The notes under the pieces were generated by a model. That model saw only the letters and a program-made list of their open reading frames with translations, searched no databases and was not told where the DNA came from. A DNA stretch of 64,000 bases, taken from a virus. The stretch is from IMG/VR virus record IMGVR_UViG_3300037297_000135, positions 32,001-96,000 of that record. One strand, given 5' to 3'. Both the position numbers and the translations under genes were made by a program. The stretch's first letter is position 1, and the number at the start of each line of letters is the position of its first letter. This document shows positions 1 through 8,234 of the stretch, piece by piece.

Positions 1-2
1 AA

Positions 3-185
3 AAAGCTGTAAAATATGGATTTATAGATAGTGATATTTGGGCAAGAGATATTGATGGTATGTTTCCACGTTGGGCAGTTTTAGAGATGTTGAATGATGA
101 ACATGAATTGTTTTGTTTTAAATTAGATGAATTAAGGAAAGAATATGATTCAAAGTTTGATGAATTGAACAAAAAAATAAGTTAA
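3..185 (+). CDS. 3' end of a hypothetical protein running in from the window edge
   Basis: Open frame KAVKYGFIDSDIWARD...KKIS ending TAA at 183-185; start lies outside the window. Confidence 0.6.
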   Translation, partial: KAVKYGFIDSDIWARDIDGMFPRWAVLEMLNDEHELFCFKLDELRKEYDSKFDELNKKIS

Positions 186-213
186 ATTTATATTATATAA
201 TGTATTAAAATAT

Positions 214-618
214 ATGATATGGTATACTAGTTTAAAAGAAATTGGAGAAAGCAATATGAGACAAAACATATTACAAATAATAGATTTATATACAAACAAT
301 TTAGAAATAGCAATTAAAAGTATTTTGCAAAAAAAAGAAGTTGAATTTGAACTTTGTAAAGTGAATTTTAAAATAATTACAAATTGTTGTTATAATATTT
401 TTTATAAATATGAAAATTTGGTGCAAGAAATAAAAAATATTATTGATTGTGAATGTAATTTTTTTAATACGCAAGAAATATTAAAAGCTTTTTTTGGAGC
501 AAATTATTGTATATATAATCATAAATTTATACAATTTAAATCATATATAGTAATGATAAAATTATTGATTTATGATTTATATAATGGTTTAAATAAAACG
601 TTATTGACAATTGAATAA
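214..618 (+). CDS. Hypothetical protein (likely start ATG 256)
   Basis: 134-aa ORF; GGAG at 244-247 precedes ATG 256. Confidence 0.65.
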   Translation: MIWYTSLKEIGESNMRQNILQIIDLYTNNLEIAIKSILQKKEVEFELCKVNFKIITNCCYNIFYKYENLVQEIKNIIDCECNFFNTQEILKAFFGANYCIYNHKFIQFKSYIVMIKLLIYDLYNGLNKTLLTIE

Positions 619-1207
619 AAAAAATATAAAATTAATAAAAATGTTTTATGGAGATAATATGGGAATTAAAGAAGAAAAAACTATTTCAAAAAAAATTGTA
701 TATAGTGCTAGTAATGGATATATAAGTGTTGAAAAACATAATGTTTTAATTGGGGAAATAAATACTGTTAGAGAGGTTGTTAAACATCCACTATCAGCTT
801 CAATGTTGATGCAAGATGGTGAATATGTTTATTTAATAAAACAATTTAGGAAATCAGTTGATAAAATGTTTATTGAAGTTCCAGCAGGTTTGTGTGAATT
901 AAATGAACATCCAAAAGATACAGCAATAAGAGAATGTATGGAAGAGATAAATTATACAGTTACAAATGTTGAATTTGTTACAAAAATACATGGTTCAATT
1001 GGGTTTTCAAATGCATTAAATTATATATATACAGGTCAAAAAGGTATAAAATGCAATGTTGAAAAAGATTTTGATGAAAATATAGAAGTGTTTAAGATTG
1101 AGTTAAAAAAAGCATTAAAACTTGTTATTTCAAATGAAATAACTGATGCTAGAACTCAAAATGCTTTAATGTATTTGGCTTTAAAAAAAGGAATTAAAAT
1201 GTTTTAA
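611..1207 (+). CDS. Nudix hydrolase, ADP-ribose pyrophosphatase (NudF)-like (likely start ATG 659)
   Basis: Nudix box PAGLCELNEHPKDTAIRECMEEINY, IKQFR upstream motif, ITDARTQNAL C-terminal motif; GGAG before ATG 659. Confidence 0.85.
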   Translation: MNKKNIKLIKMFYGDNMGIKEEKTISKKIVYSASNGYISVEKHNVLIGEINTVREVVKHPLSASMLMQDGEYVYLIKQFRKSVDKMFIEVPAGLCELNEHPKDTAIRECMEEINYTVTNVEFVTKIHGSIGFSNALNYIYTGQKGIKCNVEKDFDENIEVFKIELKKALKLVISNEITDARTQNALMYLALKKGIKMF

Positions 1208-1208
1208 A

Positions 1209-1292
1209 GGACATATGCTCGAGTGGTTAAAGAGGACAGACTGTAAATCTGTTATCCAAGTGGTTTCGGTGGTTCAAATCCACCTATGTCCA
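1209..1292 (+). tRNA. tRNA-Tyr(GUA)
   Basis: GGACATA/TATGTCC acceptor, ACAGA-CTGTAAA-TCTGT anticodon arm, long variable region, GGTGG-TTCAAAT-CCACC T arm; no encoded CCA. Confidence 0.95.
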
Positions 1293-1333
1293 TAGTTTCT
1301 CGTATATGTGAATTTTTGGTATATACATTTTTT

Positions 1334-1367
1334 AATACATAAGTTTAAAAGCTTATGTATTTTTTTT
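1334..1367 (+). terminator. Intrinsic terminator after tRNA-Tyr
   Basis: AATACATAAG/CTTATGTATT stem followed by a T run. Confidence 0.7.
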
Positions 1368-1378
1368 ATGAAAAATAT

Positions 1379-1407
1379 TTTACATTTATATTAAGTTGTA
1401 TTATAAT
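1379..1407 (+). promoter_or_regulatory. SigA-type promoter for the glycosyltransferase operon
   Basis: TTTACA-17 nt-TATAAT upstream of 1451. Confidence 0.6.
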
Positions 1408-1450
1408 AATATTATGTAAACTTAATTTTATTTTTTAGGGGAGTAAAGAA

Positions 1451-2470
1451 TTGAATAAAAAAAATATAAACATAGTATATGCAAGGACTATTGATTATGA
1501 TTTTGACCTTCAACAAAGGCCACATCATATAATGAATATACTTGCTGAACGAGGATATGATGTGTCTTGGTTTGATTCTGATTTTTCAGTTAGAAAAAGA
1601 CAAAATAAAATGAGAACTAAAATAAATGATAATTTATATGTGTATTATGATTGGGAAGTTTTTAAAAAAAGATTTGCTAATCCTGATATTTATTTTAGTA
1701 CTTGGTCTAAAAGATATGAAGATTTGGTTGATATCAAACCTAAACTTGGTGTGATTTATGATTCATTAGATAACTTTGAAGAAAACAGTAAAGATGAATC
1801 AATGATGATAAGTAAGTCTGATATTGTTTTAACTACTTCTCAATCTATTTATAGATTAAGGAAAAAGGAACATAATAATGTTGTAATGTGTCCTAATGGT
1901 TGTTTTGAAAATATTAAAATCAAACAATATCCAATTCCGATTGATTTAAAAAAGAATGTTGATATGAATAAACCAATCATATTATTTAGTGGAGCATTAG
2001 CAAGATGGTGTGATATAGAGTTGTTAGAAACAATAGCTGATTTATATCAATTAGTATTTGTTGGAAAACCTTTTGGTGTTCCAAATGTTCCAGATAATTT
2101 TATATATTTGGGATGCAAAACATATGATGAATTACAAATGTATTATCATCATTGTGATATAACATTATTGCCTTTTAATAGGAAACAAGAAGCTTTATAC
2201 AGTGACCCAATAAAAATATATGAATCATTATCACATGGTAAAATTTGTATTTCAACAAAGATTGAAGAAGCTGAAAAATTTGATAGAAAAGTAGTATATG
2301 TATCAAAAAGCAGAGAACATTTTTTACAAAATATAAAAAAAGCTTTAAAGCACAAAGATACGCAAGAGACAAAAGATATATGTATTAAAGAAGCTAAAAA
2401 GCATTCATGGGGAAAAAGAGTTGATATTATAGAAAATTGTATAATGAAATTGGTAAATAAGGAGATTTAA
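1451..2470 (+). CDS. GT-B glycosyltransferase (GT4/TuaH-like)
   Basis: QQRPHHI, IYDSLDNF, SDIVLTTS, YLGCKTYDEL, PIKIYESLSHGKICIST motifs. Confidence 0.85.
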   Translation: MNKKNINIVYARTIDYDFDLQQRPHHIMNILAERGYDVSWFDSDFSVRKRQNKMRTKINDNLYVYYDWEVFKKRFANPDIYFSTWSKRYEDLVDIKPKLGVIYDSLDNFEENSKDESMMISKSDIVLTTSQSIYRLRKKEHNNVVMCPNGCFENIKIKQYPIPIDLKKNVDMNKPIILFSGALARWCDIELLETIADLYQLVFVGKPFGVPNVPDNFIYLGCKTYDELQMYYHHCDITLLPFNRKQEALYSDPIKIYESLSHGKICISTKIEEAEKFDRKVVYVSKSREHFLQNIKKALKHKDTQETKDICIKEAKKHSWGKRVDIIENCIMKLVNKEI

Positions 2471-2471
2471 T

Positions 2472-3503
2472 ATGATTTTAAATAATAGGGATATAAACGT
2501 TTTGTTTTTGAATCCTGCACCCAGTTTAATTAAATATGGAATGTATTGGGGAGCAAAAAAATGTGGTTGTAATGCTGTGCTTTTGACTGATGAAAAAACA
2601 AGGGTTTTTACTGAAAGTCAGCAAGAACAATATAAAAGAATAGAAGCAGCAATTAAAAAATATGATATAAATGTTATATTTTGTGAAGGTTATGGTGGTA
2701 TGAATGCACCAGGAATAATAACACTTTGTAAAAAATATAATGTTCAATATCATCATTGGGCGATTGAAGACCCTGTAACACCTCATATTGGGGAAAATTT
2801 TGCTCGTGTTTCTAATTTTATTTGGACAACAACACAAGAATTTATATCAAAATATGAAAATATGGGATGCAAATCAGATTTATTGTTATTTGGTTGCAAT
2901 CCTGAATTTGATATAAACCCACCAGAAGAAAGATTTAAATCAGGAATATCTATTGTTGGAAGTAATTATGATAATAGATGGAAACAAGCAAAAGAATTCA
3001 TTTTGCCTTTGCTAGAGGATGAATTCGACCCTACAATTTATGGTTGGTGGTGGATGTCTGAAACACAACCATTTAAACTTCAGGATTATGGAAAAGAAAA
3101 ATATTATTGGATGATAAAAGAAGGAACACAAGACCAAGTCTTACCTTATGAATGGCTTCCGATAGTTGTAAATTCATCCAAGATTATGATTGGTTTAAAT
3201 TGTTCTGATGAATCAATAACACAAACATCATGTAGACCTTATGAAACATTATGTTTTGCTTATAATTCTGTATATCTTGCATGGTATACAAAAGCACAGG
3301 ATAGAATATTTGGAGATTATATTTATCAAGCTAAAACAGGTAAAGAAATGGTTGAAAAAGCAAGGATGATTTTAAAAATGACTGATGAAGAAAGACAAGC
3401 AAAAGCAACTAAAGCTAGAGAATGGGTTAGGAATTTTCATAGTTATGAATTAAGATTCCAACAAGTTGCTGAAAAGGTTAAGGAGTTAGATGCAAATGGC
3501 TAA
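2472..3503 (+). CDS. CgeB-like glycosyltransferase (Glyco_trans_1_2 type)
   Basis: HHWAIEDP, LLFGCNPEF, ISIVGSNY, SCRPYET, HSYELRFQQ pattern typical of the CgeB family. Confidence 0.75.
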   Translation: MILNNRDINVLFLNPAPSLIKYGMYWGAKKCGCNAVLLTDEKTRVFTESQQEQYKRIEAAIKKYDINVIFCEGYGGMNAPGIITLCKKYNVQYHHWAIEDPVTPHIGENFARVSNFIWTTTQEFISKYENMGCKSDLLLFGCNPEFDINPPEERFKSGISIVGSNYDNRWKQAKEFILPLLEDEFDPTIYGWWWMSETQPFKLQDYGKEKYYWMIKEGTQDQVLPYEWLPIVVNSSKIMIGLNCSDESITQTSCRPYETLCFAYNSVYLAWYTKAQDRIFGDYIYQAKTGKEMVEKARMILKMTDEERQAKATKAREWVRNFHSYELRFQQVAEKVKELDANG

Positions 3504-3714
3504 TATGCAAAATGGGTATATAGAAAATATTTTTGTATATCATCCACCAAAAGAAGGACAACCAGAAAAATATGAAAGAATTAGAGCTAGTGTAAAAAAT
3601 ATAGCATATATATTTAATGCTGAATGTCCTGAATGTGAAGAATTTTATGAAGCAATAAAAAAACTAAGAGAAGCTGTTTCTTGGGCGAATGCTGCAATAG
3701 CAATAAATGAATAA
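3490..3714 (+). CDS. Acb2/Tad1-hairpin-like small protein (candidate immune-signal sponge)
   Basis: FVYHPPKEGQPEKYERIR...AIKKLREAVSWANAAIAINE resembles the helical-hairpin consensus (A-x-T-K-L-E-E-A-x-M-W-A-N); recognised from memory, not by search. Confidence 0.55.
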   Translation: MQMANMQNGYIENIFVYHPPKEGQPEKYERIRASVKNIAYIFNAECPECEEFYEAIKKLREAVSWANAAIAINE

Positions 3715-3749
3715 TATCAAATTAAATTAAATTAACGGAGGGAATTAAG

Positions 3750-4676
3750 ATGACAAAAGCAACATTAAAAGATACAAAATCAGTAATTTTTCAAGCATAT
3801 AAAGATGTGTTAAATGAATTAGAAAAAAATAGGGTTGTTGATTCTAAACAAGTAAAAAATGATATTATATTGAATAATGCTGACAATATAAAAAGTCCAA
3901 TAAATAAATTAGAAGAATTCGTAAGTGGATTTGATTCTATTTTAGAACAATACAATAATATAAAAGAAGCAATAAAAATAAAGAAAGAAGAGTTAAAAAG
4001 TATTTATGATATAGAAATAAAAACAGGAACTTTAGAAGCACTTATAATTACAATTGAGAAGTTAGAACAAGAGAAAAAAGATAAAGAAAATGAAATCGAA
4101 AAAATGTTTAAAAAAGGACAAGATGATTTAAAAAAGCAATTAGAATATGAAGAAGAAGAAGAAAAACGTAAAATAAGAAAAATGAAACAATTGGAACTTG
4201 ATGAATTAGAAGAAAAAATGAGAGAAAAGCAAAAACAAGTTGATTTAGAAAATGAAAAAAAAGAAGATTTGATAAGATTGAAGTATAAAGAATTGAATGA
4301 AATAATTGAAGATTTAGAAAAAAGAGAAAAAGATGTAATATCAAAAAATGATTTGATTGAAAATTTGCAAAAAGAAATTGAAACTATAAAAAAAGATACA
4401 ATTGAAGATGTTACAAATGAATTGCAAAAAAAGCAAAATGTACAAATAAAAGTAATTGAATCTAAATATGACAATAAAACGAATTTGCTTGAAGAAAAGA
4501 TAAATGACAAAAATGAAAGAATTGAAGAATTAAAAGATGAAAATGAAACTTTGAAAATTGAATTGAAAGAAGCATACAATGAACTTAAAGAATTGGCTGA
4601 AAAAGCTGTTGACAATTCAAAGTCAAATGAATTAGCAGGTGAATTGGGAAAAGCTTTAAGAGCTAAAAATAACTAA
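3750..4676 (+). CDS. Coiled-coil protein, function unknown
   Basis: 308 aa, E/K-rich heptads; GGAGG RBS. Confidence 0.75.
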   Translation: MTKATLKDTKSVIFQAYKDVLNELEKNRVVDSKQVKNDIILNNADNIKSPINKLEEFVSGFDSILEQYNNIKEAIKIKKEELKSIYDIEIKTGTLEALIITIEKLEQEKKDKENEIEKMFKKGQDDLKKQLEYEEEEEKRKIRKMKQLELDELEEKMREKQKQVDLENEKKEDLIRLKYKELNEIIEDLEKREKDVISKNDLIENLQKEIETIKKDTIEDVTNELQKKQNVQIKVIESKYDNKTNLLEEKINDKNERIEELKDENETLKIELKEAYNELKELAEKAVDNSKSNELAGELGKALRAKNN

Positions 4677-4698
4677 TATTAAATTAAATAGGGGAGAA

Positions 4699-4956
4699 TT
4701 GATTATGATTACTGCTGCTGAAGCAAGAGAAAATGTTGATACTTTTAATGAAATGTCTAAAAAATATGATTTAAATGAAAAAGTAGTAATGGATGAAATA
4801 GAAAAAAAATCAAAAAATGGAGAAACACATTTAGATGTAATTTTAAATAATATTGAATTAAGACATGATTTTTTAAAATATTTATGTGCATTAGGATTTG
4901 AATATGATTTAGTTAAATTAGGAGCAATAGAAACTTTAGTGATTAAGTGGGGTTAA
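4699..4956 (+). CDS. Hypothetical protein
   Basis: 85-aa ORF with GGGGAG RBS, operonic spacing. Confidence 0.7.
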   Translation: MIMITAAEARENVDTFNEMSKKYDLNEKVVMDEIEKKSKNGETHLDVILNNIELRHDFLKYLCALGFEYDLVKLGAIETLVIKWG

Positions 4957-4959
4957 AAA

Positions 4960-5559
4960 ATGAATGAAAATATAAATACGGTTGAATATTGGGATAAAAG
5001 ATTTGAAACTCAAAATGGTAAAACAAATTGGGAACTTTGTAACGGATGCAATCAATCAAAAAATTTCATGAAAACAATGATTAATAATTTGCCTGGACAA
5101 TGGATTTCAAAATTAAAGACATCTCACATTTTAGATGTGGGATGTGCTTTAGGAGATGGAACAAATTATTTATATAATAGATTTACAAAGGCTAAAATAG
5201 CAGGATATGATTTTTCGAAAAATGCTGTAAAATTAGCAAAGGAAAAATATCCAGATATAATTTTTTTAAATGAATTGATTAATGGAGAAAAATATGATTT
5301 TGTTTTAATAAACAATGTTTTACAATGTGTTGATGATTACGAAGAATTCATTAAAAGTTTTTTAGATGTTTCAAAAAAGTATATTGTGATAATGGTTCCT
5401 TTAGGAATCGAAGGAACAACAATTGAGCATTTTAATAAATTTGAATTAGAGTCATTTCCACAAGAAATTGGGAAGTTTTATAAAAGAAAACCAAAAATAG
5501 TAACTACTGATAATTGGTATTATAAACAAATCCTGATTAGATATGAAAGGATGGAATAA
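4960..5559 (+). CDS. Class I SAM-dependent methyltransferase
   Basis: ILDVGCALGDG motif I, GYDFS motif II, FVLINNVLQ motif IV. Confidence 0.85.
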   Translation: MNENINTVEYWDKRFETQNGKTNWELCNGCNQSKNFMKTMINNLPGQWISKLKTSHILDVGCALGDGTNYLYNRFTKAKIAGYDFSKNAVKLAKEKYPDIIFLNELINGEKYDFVLINNVLQCVDDYEEFIKSFLDVSKKYIVIMVPLGIEGTTIEHFNKFELESFPQEIGKFYKRKPKIVTTDNWYYKQILIRYERME

Positions 5560-5562
5560 AAA

Positions 5563-5835
5563 TTGGATATAAAATATAAATTAAAACAAATAGAAATGAG
5601 TCTTGAACATCAAAATGAAAATGTAAAAAATTTGGTTGAAAGTATATGTGATGGGATAAGAAAAAAGCTTGAAAAAAATGATTTTTCGTATAACTTTTGT
5701 GTGAATAAAGATAATGAAGTATTTAAAGATATACAAAAGGTTATAGGTATATTTAGAAATTTTGATATAACAATAAACGAATTTAAAGATACAGATAAAC
5801 AAACTATATTTTGTGTATATTTTAATAAGGAGTAA
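5563..5835 (+). CDS. Hypothetical protein
   Basis: 90-aa ORF tightly packed in the operon. Confidence 0.65.
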   Translation: MDIKYKLKQIEMSLEHQNENVKNLVESICDGIRKKLEKNDFSYNFCVNKDNEVFKDIQKVIGIFRNFDITINEFKDTDKQTIFCVYFNKE

Positions 5836-5837
5836 AT

Positions 5838-6851
5838 ATGAATATCTTGATAACATGTGATAGGCTTGATACTTTAGGTGGTCTTGAAGAGCATGTAATA
5901 AACAAAGTACAATATCTTTTAAATAATGGACATAGAGTTCATTTGGATTGCAACGCAATTAGTGAATATTATAAAAATAAAATATCACATAAAAATCTTT
6001 TAATATCATCACCGTGGAGTAATAATTGGGGTGATGTAATAAAAGATATAAATGGTTTTATGCCTGATATTATACATGCACATCCATTTAGTGCTATTGA
6101 CAGAGGTAATATTGTAAGAAGTTATTATTCAAAGGCAAAATTTTTTATAACAATACATGGTGAATATTGTTATACTGTTCCACATTATATATGTGATAGA
6201 ACAGATAAAATAATATTGGTTAATGATAAAATAAAGAATTACAATGACTATAAAACAGTTGTAATACCAAATGGTATTGATACAAAAAGATTTTCAAAAT
6301 CAAAAACCAAAAAAGAATATGATGGGTTAAAGACAAGAATAGCTGTAATATCAAGATTGCAAGATAACAAAGAAATACCTGTTTTTGAATTTTTAAATGT
6401 AAGTAATAGAATAAAATCATATATGCATATAGATATTGTAGGTGATGGCAAATATTTAGATGAAGTAAAAGAAAAAGTAAAAGAAAAAGATGAAAAATAT
6501 GTTCAATACAATATTACAGGTGCGGTTTCAAATGTTGAAATATATATGCAAGAAGCTGATTTGGTTTTGGGTTGTGATAGAGTTGCACTTGAAGCACTTT
6601 GTTGTGGAACTGATGTTTTTTACATGGGTCAAGGACATTGGAAAAATATTGTTACAATTTCAAATTATAAAGATTATATTTTTTCAAACAAAGGCATACA
6701 AAAATATACTGAAAATGAATTAGTTGATAATTTAAGCAGTTTGGTATGGAGTAAAAATTTAGGGAAACAACTTGGATTGTATGATGAAATTCGTAAAAAA
6801 TATAGTTTAGATGCACAAATGAAACAAATACTTGATTTGTATAAAGGGTGA
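5838..6851 (+). CDS. GT4 family glycosyltransferase
   Basis: GGLEEHV, PDIIHAH, ITIHG, VIPNGID, ISRL, IVGDG, ADLVLGCDRVALEALCCG. Confidence 0.9.
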   Translation: MNILITCDRLDTLGGLEEHVINKVQYLLNNGHRVHLDCNAISEYYKNKISHKNLLISSPWSNNWGDVIKDINGFMPDIIHAHPFSAIDRGNIVRSYYSKAKFFITIHGEYCYTVPHYICDRTDKIILVNDKIKNYNDYKTVVIPNGIDTKRFSKSKTKKEYDGLKTRIAVISRLQDNKEIPVFEFLNVSNRIKSYMHIDIVGDGKYLDEVKEKVKEKDEKYVQYNITGAVSNVEIYMQEADLVLGCDRVALEALCCGTDVFYMGQGHWKNIVTISNYKDYIFSNKGIQKYTENELVDNLSSLVWSKNLGKQLGLYDEIRKKYSLDAQMKQILDLYKG

Positions 6852-6856
6852 ATCAA

Positions 6857-6952
6857 ATGGAATATATTTTTTATTTAATTGATGGATTTATAATAGGTAG
6901 CATTTTAAGAATTATTTTAAGAATAATTGCATCAAAATATGAGGGAAATTAA
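6857..6952 (+). CDS. Small hydrophobic peptide (31 aa)
   Basis: Translated by eye: MEYIFYLIDGFIIGSILRIILRIIASKYEGN; abuts the next ORF. Confidence 0.4.
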   Translation: MEYIFYLIDGFIIGSILRIILRIIASKYEGN

Positions 6953-7132
6953 ATGATAATTTCAAAAATTTTAGCTTTATTGATTGGTATGATTATTGTA
7001 TGTATAATTTTAAATTTTATATTTATATTGTTTTTAGGAATTTGTAAATATATAGATTTAATGAGTTGTTTATTTGAATTTATGTTTAAAAAAAATATAA
7101 TTGGATTTAAATATAAAAATAAAGACAAATAA
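6953..7132 (+). CDS. Small membrane protein (59 aa)
   Basis: Translated by eye: MIISKILALLIGMIIVCIILNFIFILFLGICK...; GAGGG RBS, translationally coupled. Confidence 0.45.
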   Translation: MIISKILALLIGMIIVCIILNFIFILFLGICKYIDLMSCLFEFMFKKNIIGFKYKNKDK

Positions 7133-7163
7133 TTTTAATTATTTTAAAGGGGAGTAAAAAAAT

Positions 7164-7916
7164 ATGATACAAATTCTTTGGGCGACTGCAAGGCCTAAAA
7201 TGTTCATTCAAAGACATAAAAATTGGATGAAAAATGCAAGCAAAAAGCATTTTATTCATACATTAGTTGCTGTAAACACAATTGATGAAAAAGACGAAAT
7301 ATTATTGAATTATGATGAAATATCACAAAGGTTACAAGATTATCAAGTAAAAGTAAAAGTAACAGGTGATGAAAATTTAGGTGTTGTTTATCCAATTTAT
7401 GAGCTTTCAAAAGATTTGAAATTGAATGATAAAGATATTGTGATTGTGGTTTGTGATGATGTTGAATGTCCTGAAAATTGGGATGAATATTTAGTTGATG
7501 AATTTAAACTATGGAATGGGGCTTTAATGATTCGTGATGGATATCAACATTATGAATATGATATATCTAAAATGATTTCAAAAAAAATCATACCACCTGC
7601 TGTTTCAATGCCTGTAATGACATTTAAATGTTTAAAGAAATTGAATATGATTATATTTCATCCAGATTATAAACATTATTTTGCGGATAATGAATTGTTT
7701 TTGAATTTGTATGAACTTGGATTGTTGAAAGATGATAGAAATTCAGATAGTGTGATTTTCGAACATATTCATTATTGTACTGGAAAAAGAGCAAGTGATA
7801 AATTGGATGATAAAATCATAGGTTTGGGAAATCAAGATAGAGGAATGTATTTTAAAAGAATAAATTTAGCTGTTCAAGATAGAATAAAATTAAATAGTTT
7901 TGGAGAAAACAAATGA
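7164..7916 (+). CDS. GT-A fold glycosyltransferase (GT2-like)
   Basis: IVIVVCDD DxD-like motif, HYFADNEL, FEHIHY motifs. Confidence 0.7.
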   Translation: MIQILWATARPKMFIQRHKNWMKNASKKHFIHTLVAVNTIDEKDEILLNYDEISQRLQDYQVKVKVTGDENLGVVYPIYELSKDLKLNDKDIVIVVCDDVECPENWDEYLVDEFKLWNGALMIRDGYQHYEYDISKMISKKIIPPAVSMPVMTFKCLKKLNMIIFHPDYKHYFADNELFLNLYELGLLKDDRNSDSVIFEHIHYCTGKRASDKLDDKIIGLGNQDRGMYFKRINLAVQDRIKLNSFGENK

Positions 7917-8230
7917 GATATGTTAAGTTAGGAATACTTTCATATTCAAATGAAAAAGAATACATTGGAAACATTTTGAAAATTGATAATGAAAATTTTA
8001 AATTAATTTGTAATAAAATGAATAAAAATTTGATTAAAGATTTTAAAAAATGTAAAAATGAATTTATATATGCTTTAGAAAAAAAATATGATAAAATAAA
8101 TGATAAACATGATATAAAAGTAATTATATGCTATAATTATTTTAATAAATGGGAATTTGAATTAATCACAAATATTAGAAATTGTAAAAGTGATTTATTT
8201 AAAGTTGATAAAGATTATATTTTAGCTTAG
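7913..8230 (+). CDS. Hypothetical protein
   Basis: 105-aa ORF, ATGA overlap with the upstream gene. Confidence 0.6.
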   Translation: MRYVKLGILSYSNEKEYIGNILKIDNENFKLICNKMNKNLIKDFKKCKNEFIYALEKKYDKINDKHDIKVIICYNYFNKWEFELITNIRNCKSDLFKVDKDYILA

Positions 8231-8234
8231 GAGA

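Noticed and set aside
611-1470. Identical 20-nt starts (TTGAATAAAAAAAATATAAA) of ORFs 611 and 1451
   Set aside because: Low-complexity A-rich sequence, and the Nudix gene more likely starts at ATG 659 behind a GGAG; probably coincidence.
4004-4615. 203-aa minus-strand ORF, and other short antisense ORFs in the track (e.g. 37336-37773, 38870-39343, 53681-54106, 56966-57466)
   Set aside because: Phe/Ser/Ile-rich shadows of real genes on the opposite strand, with no RBS or domain motifs.
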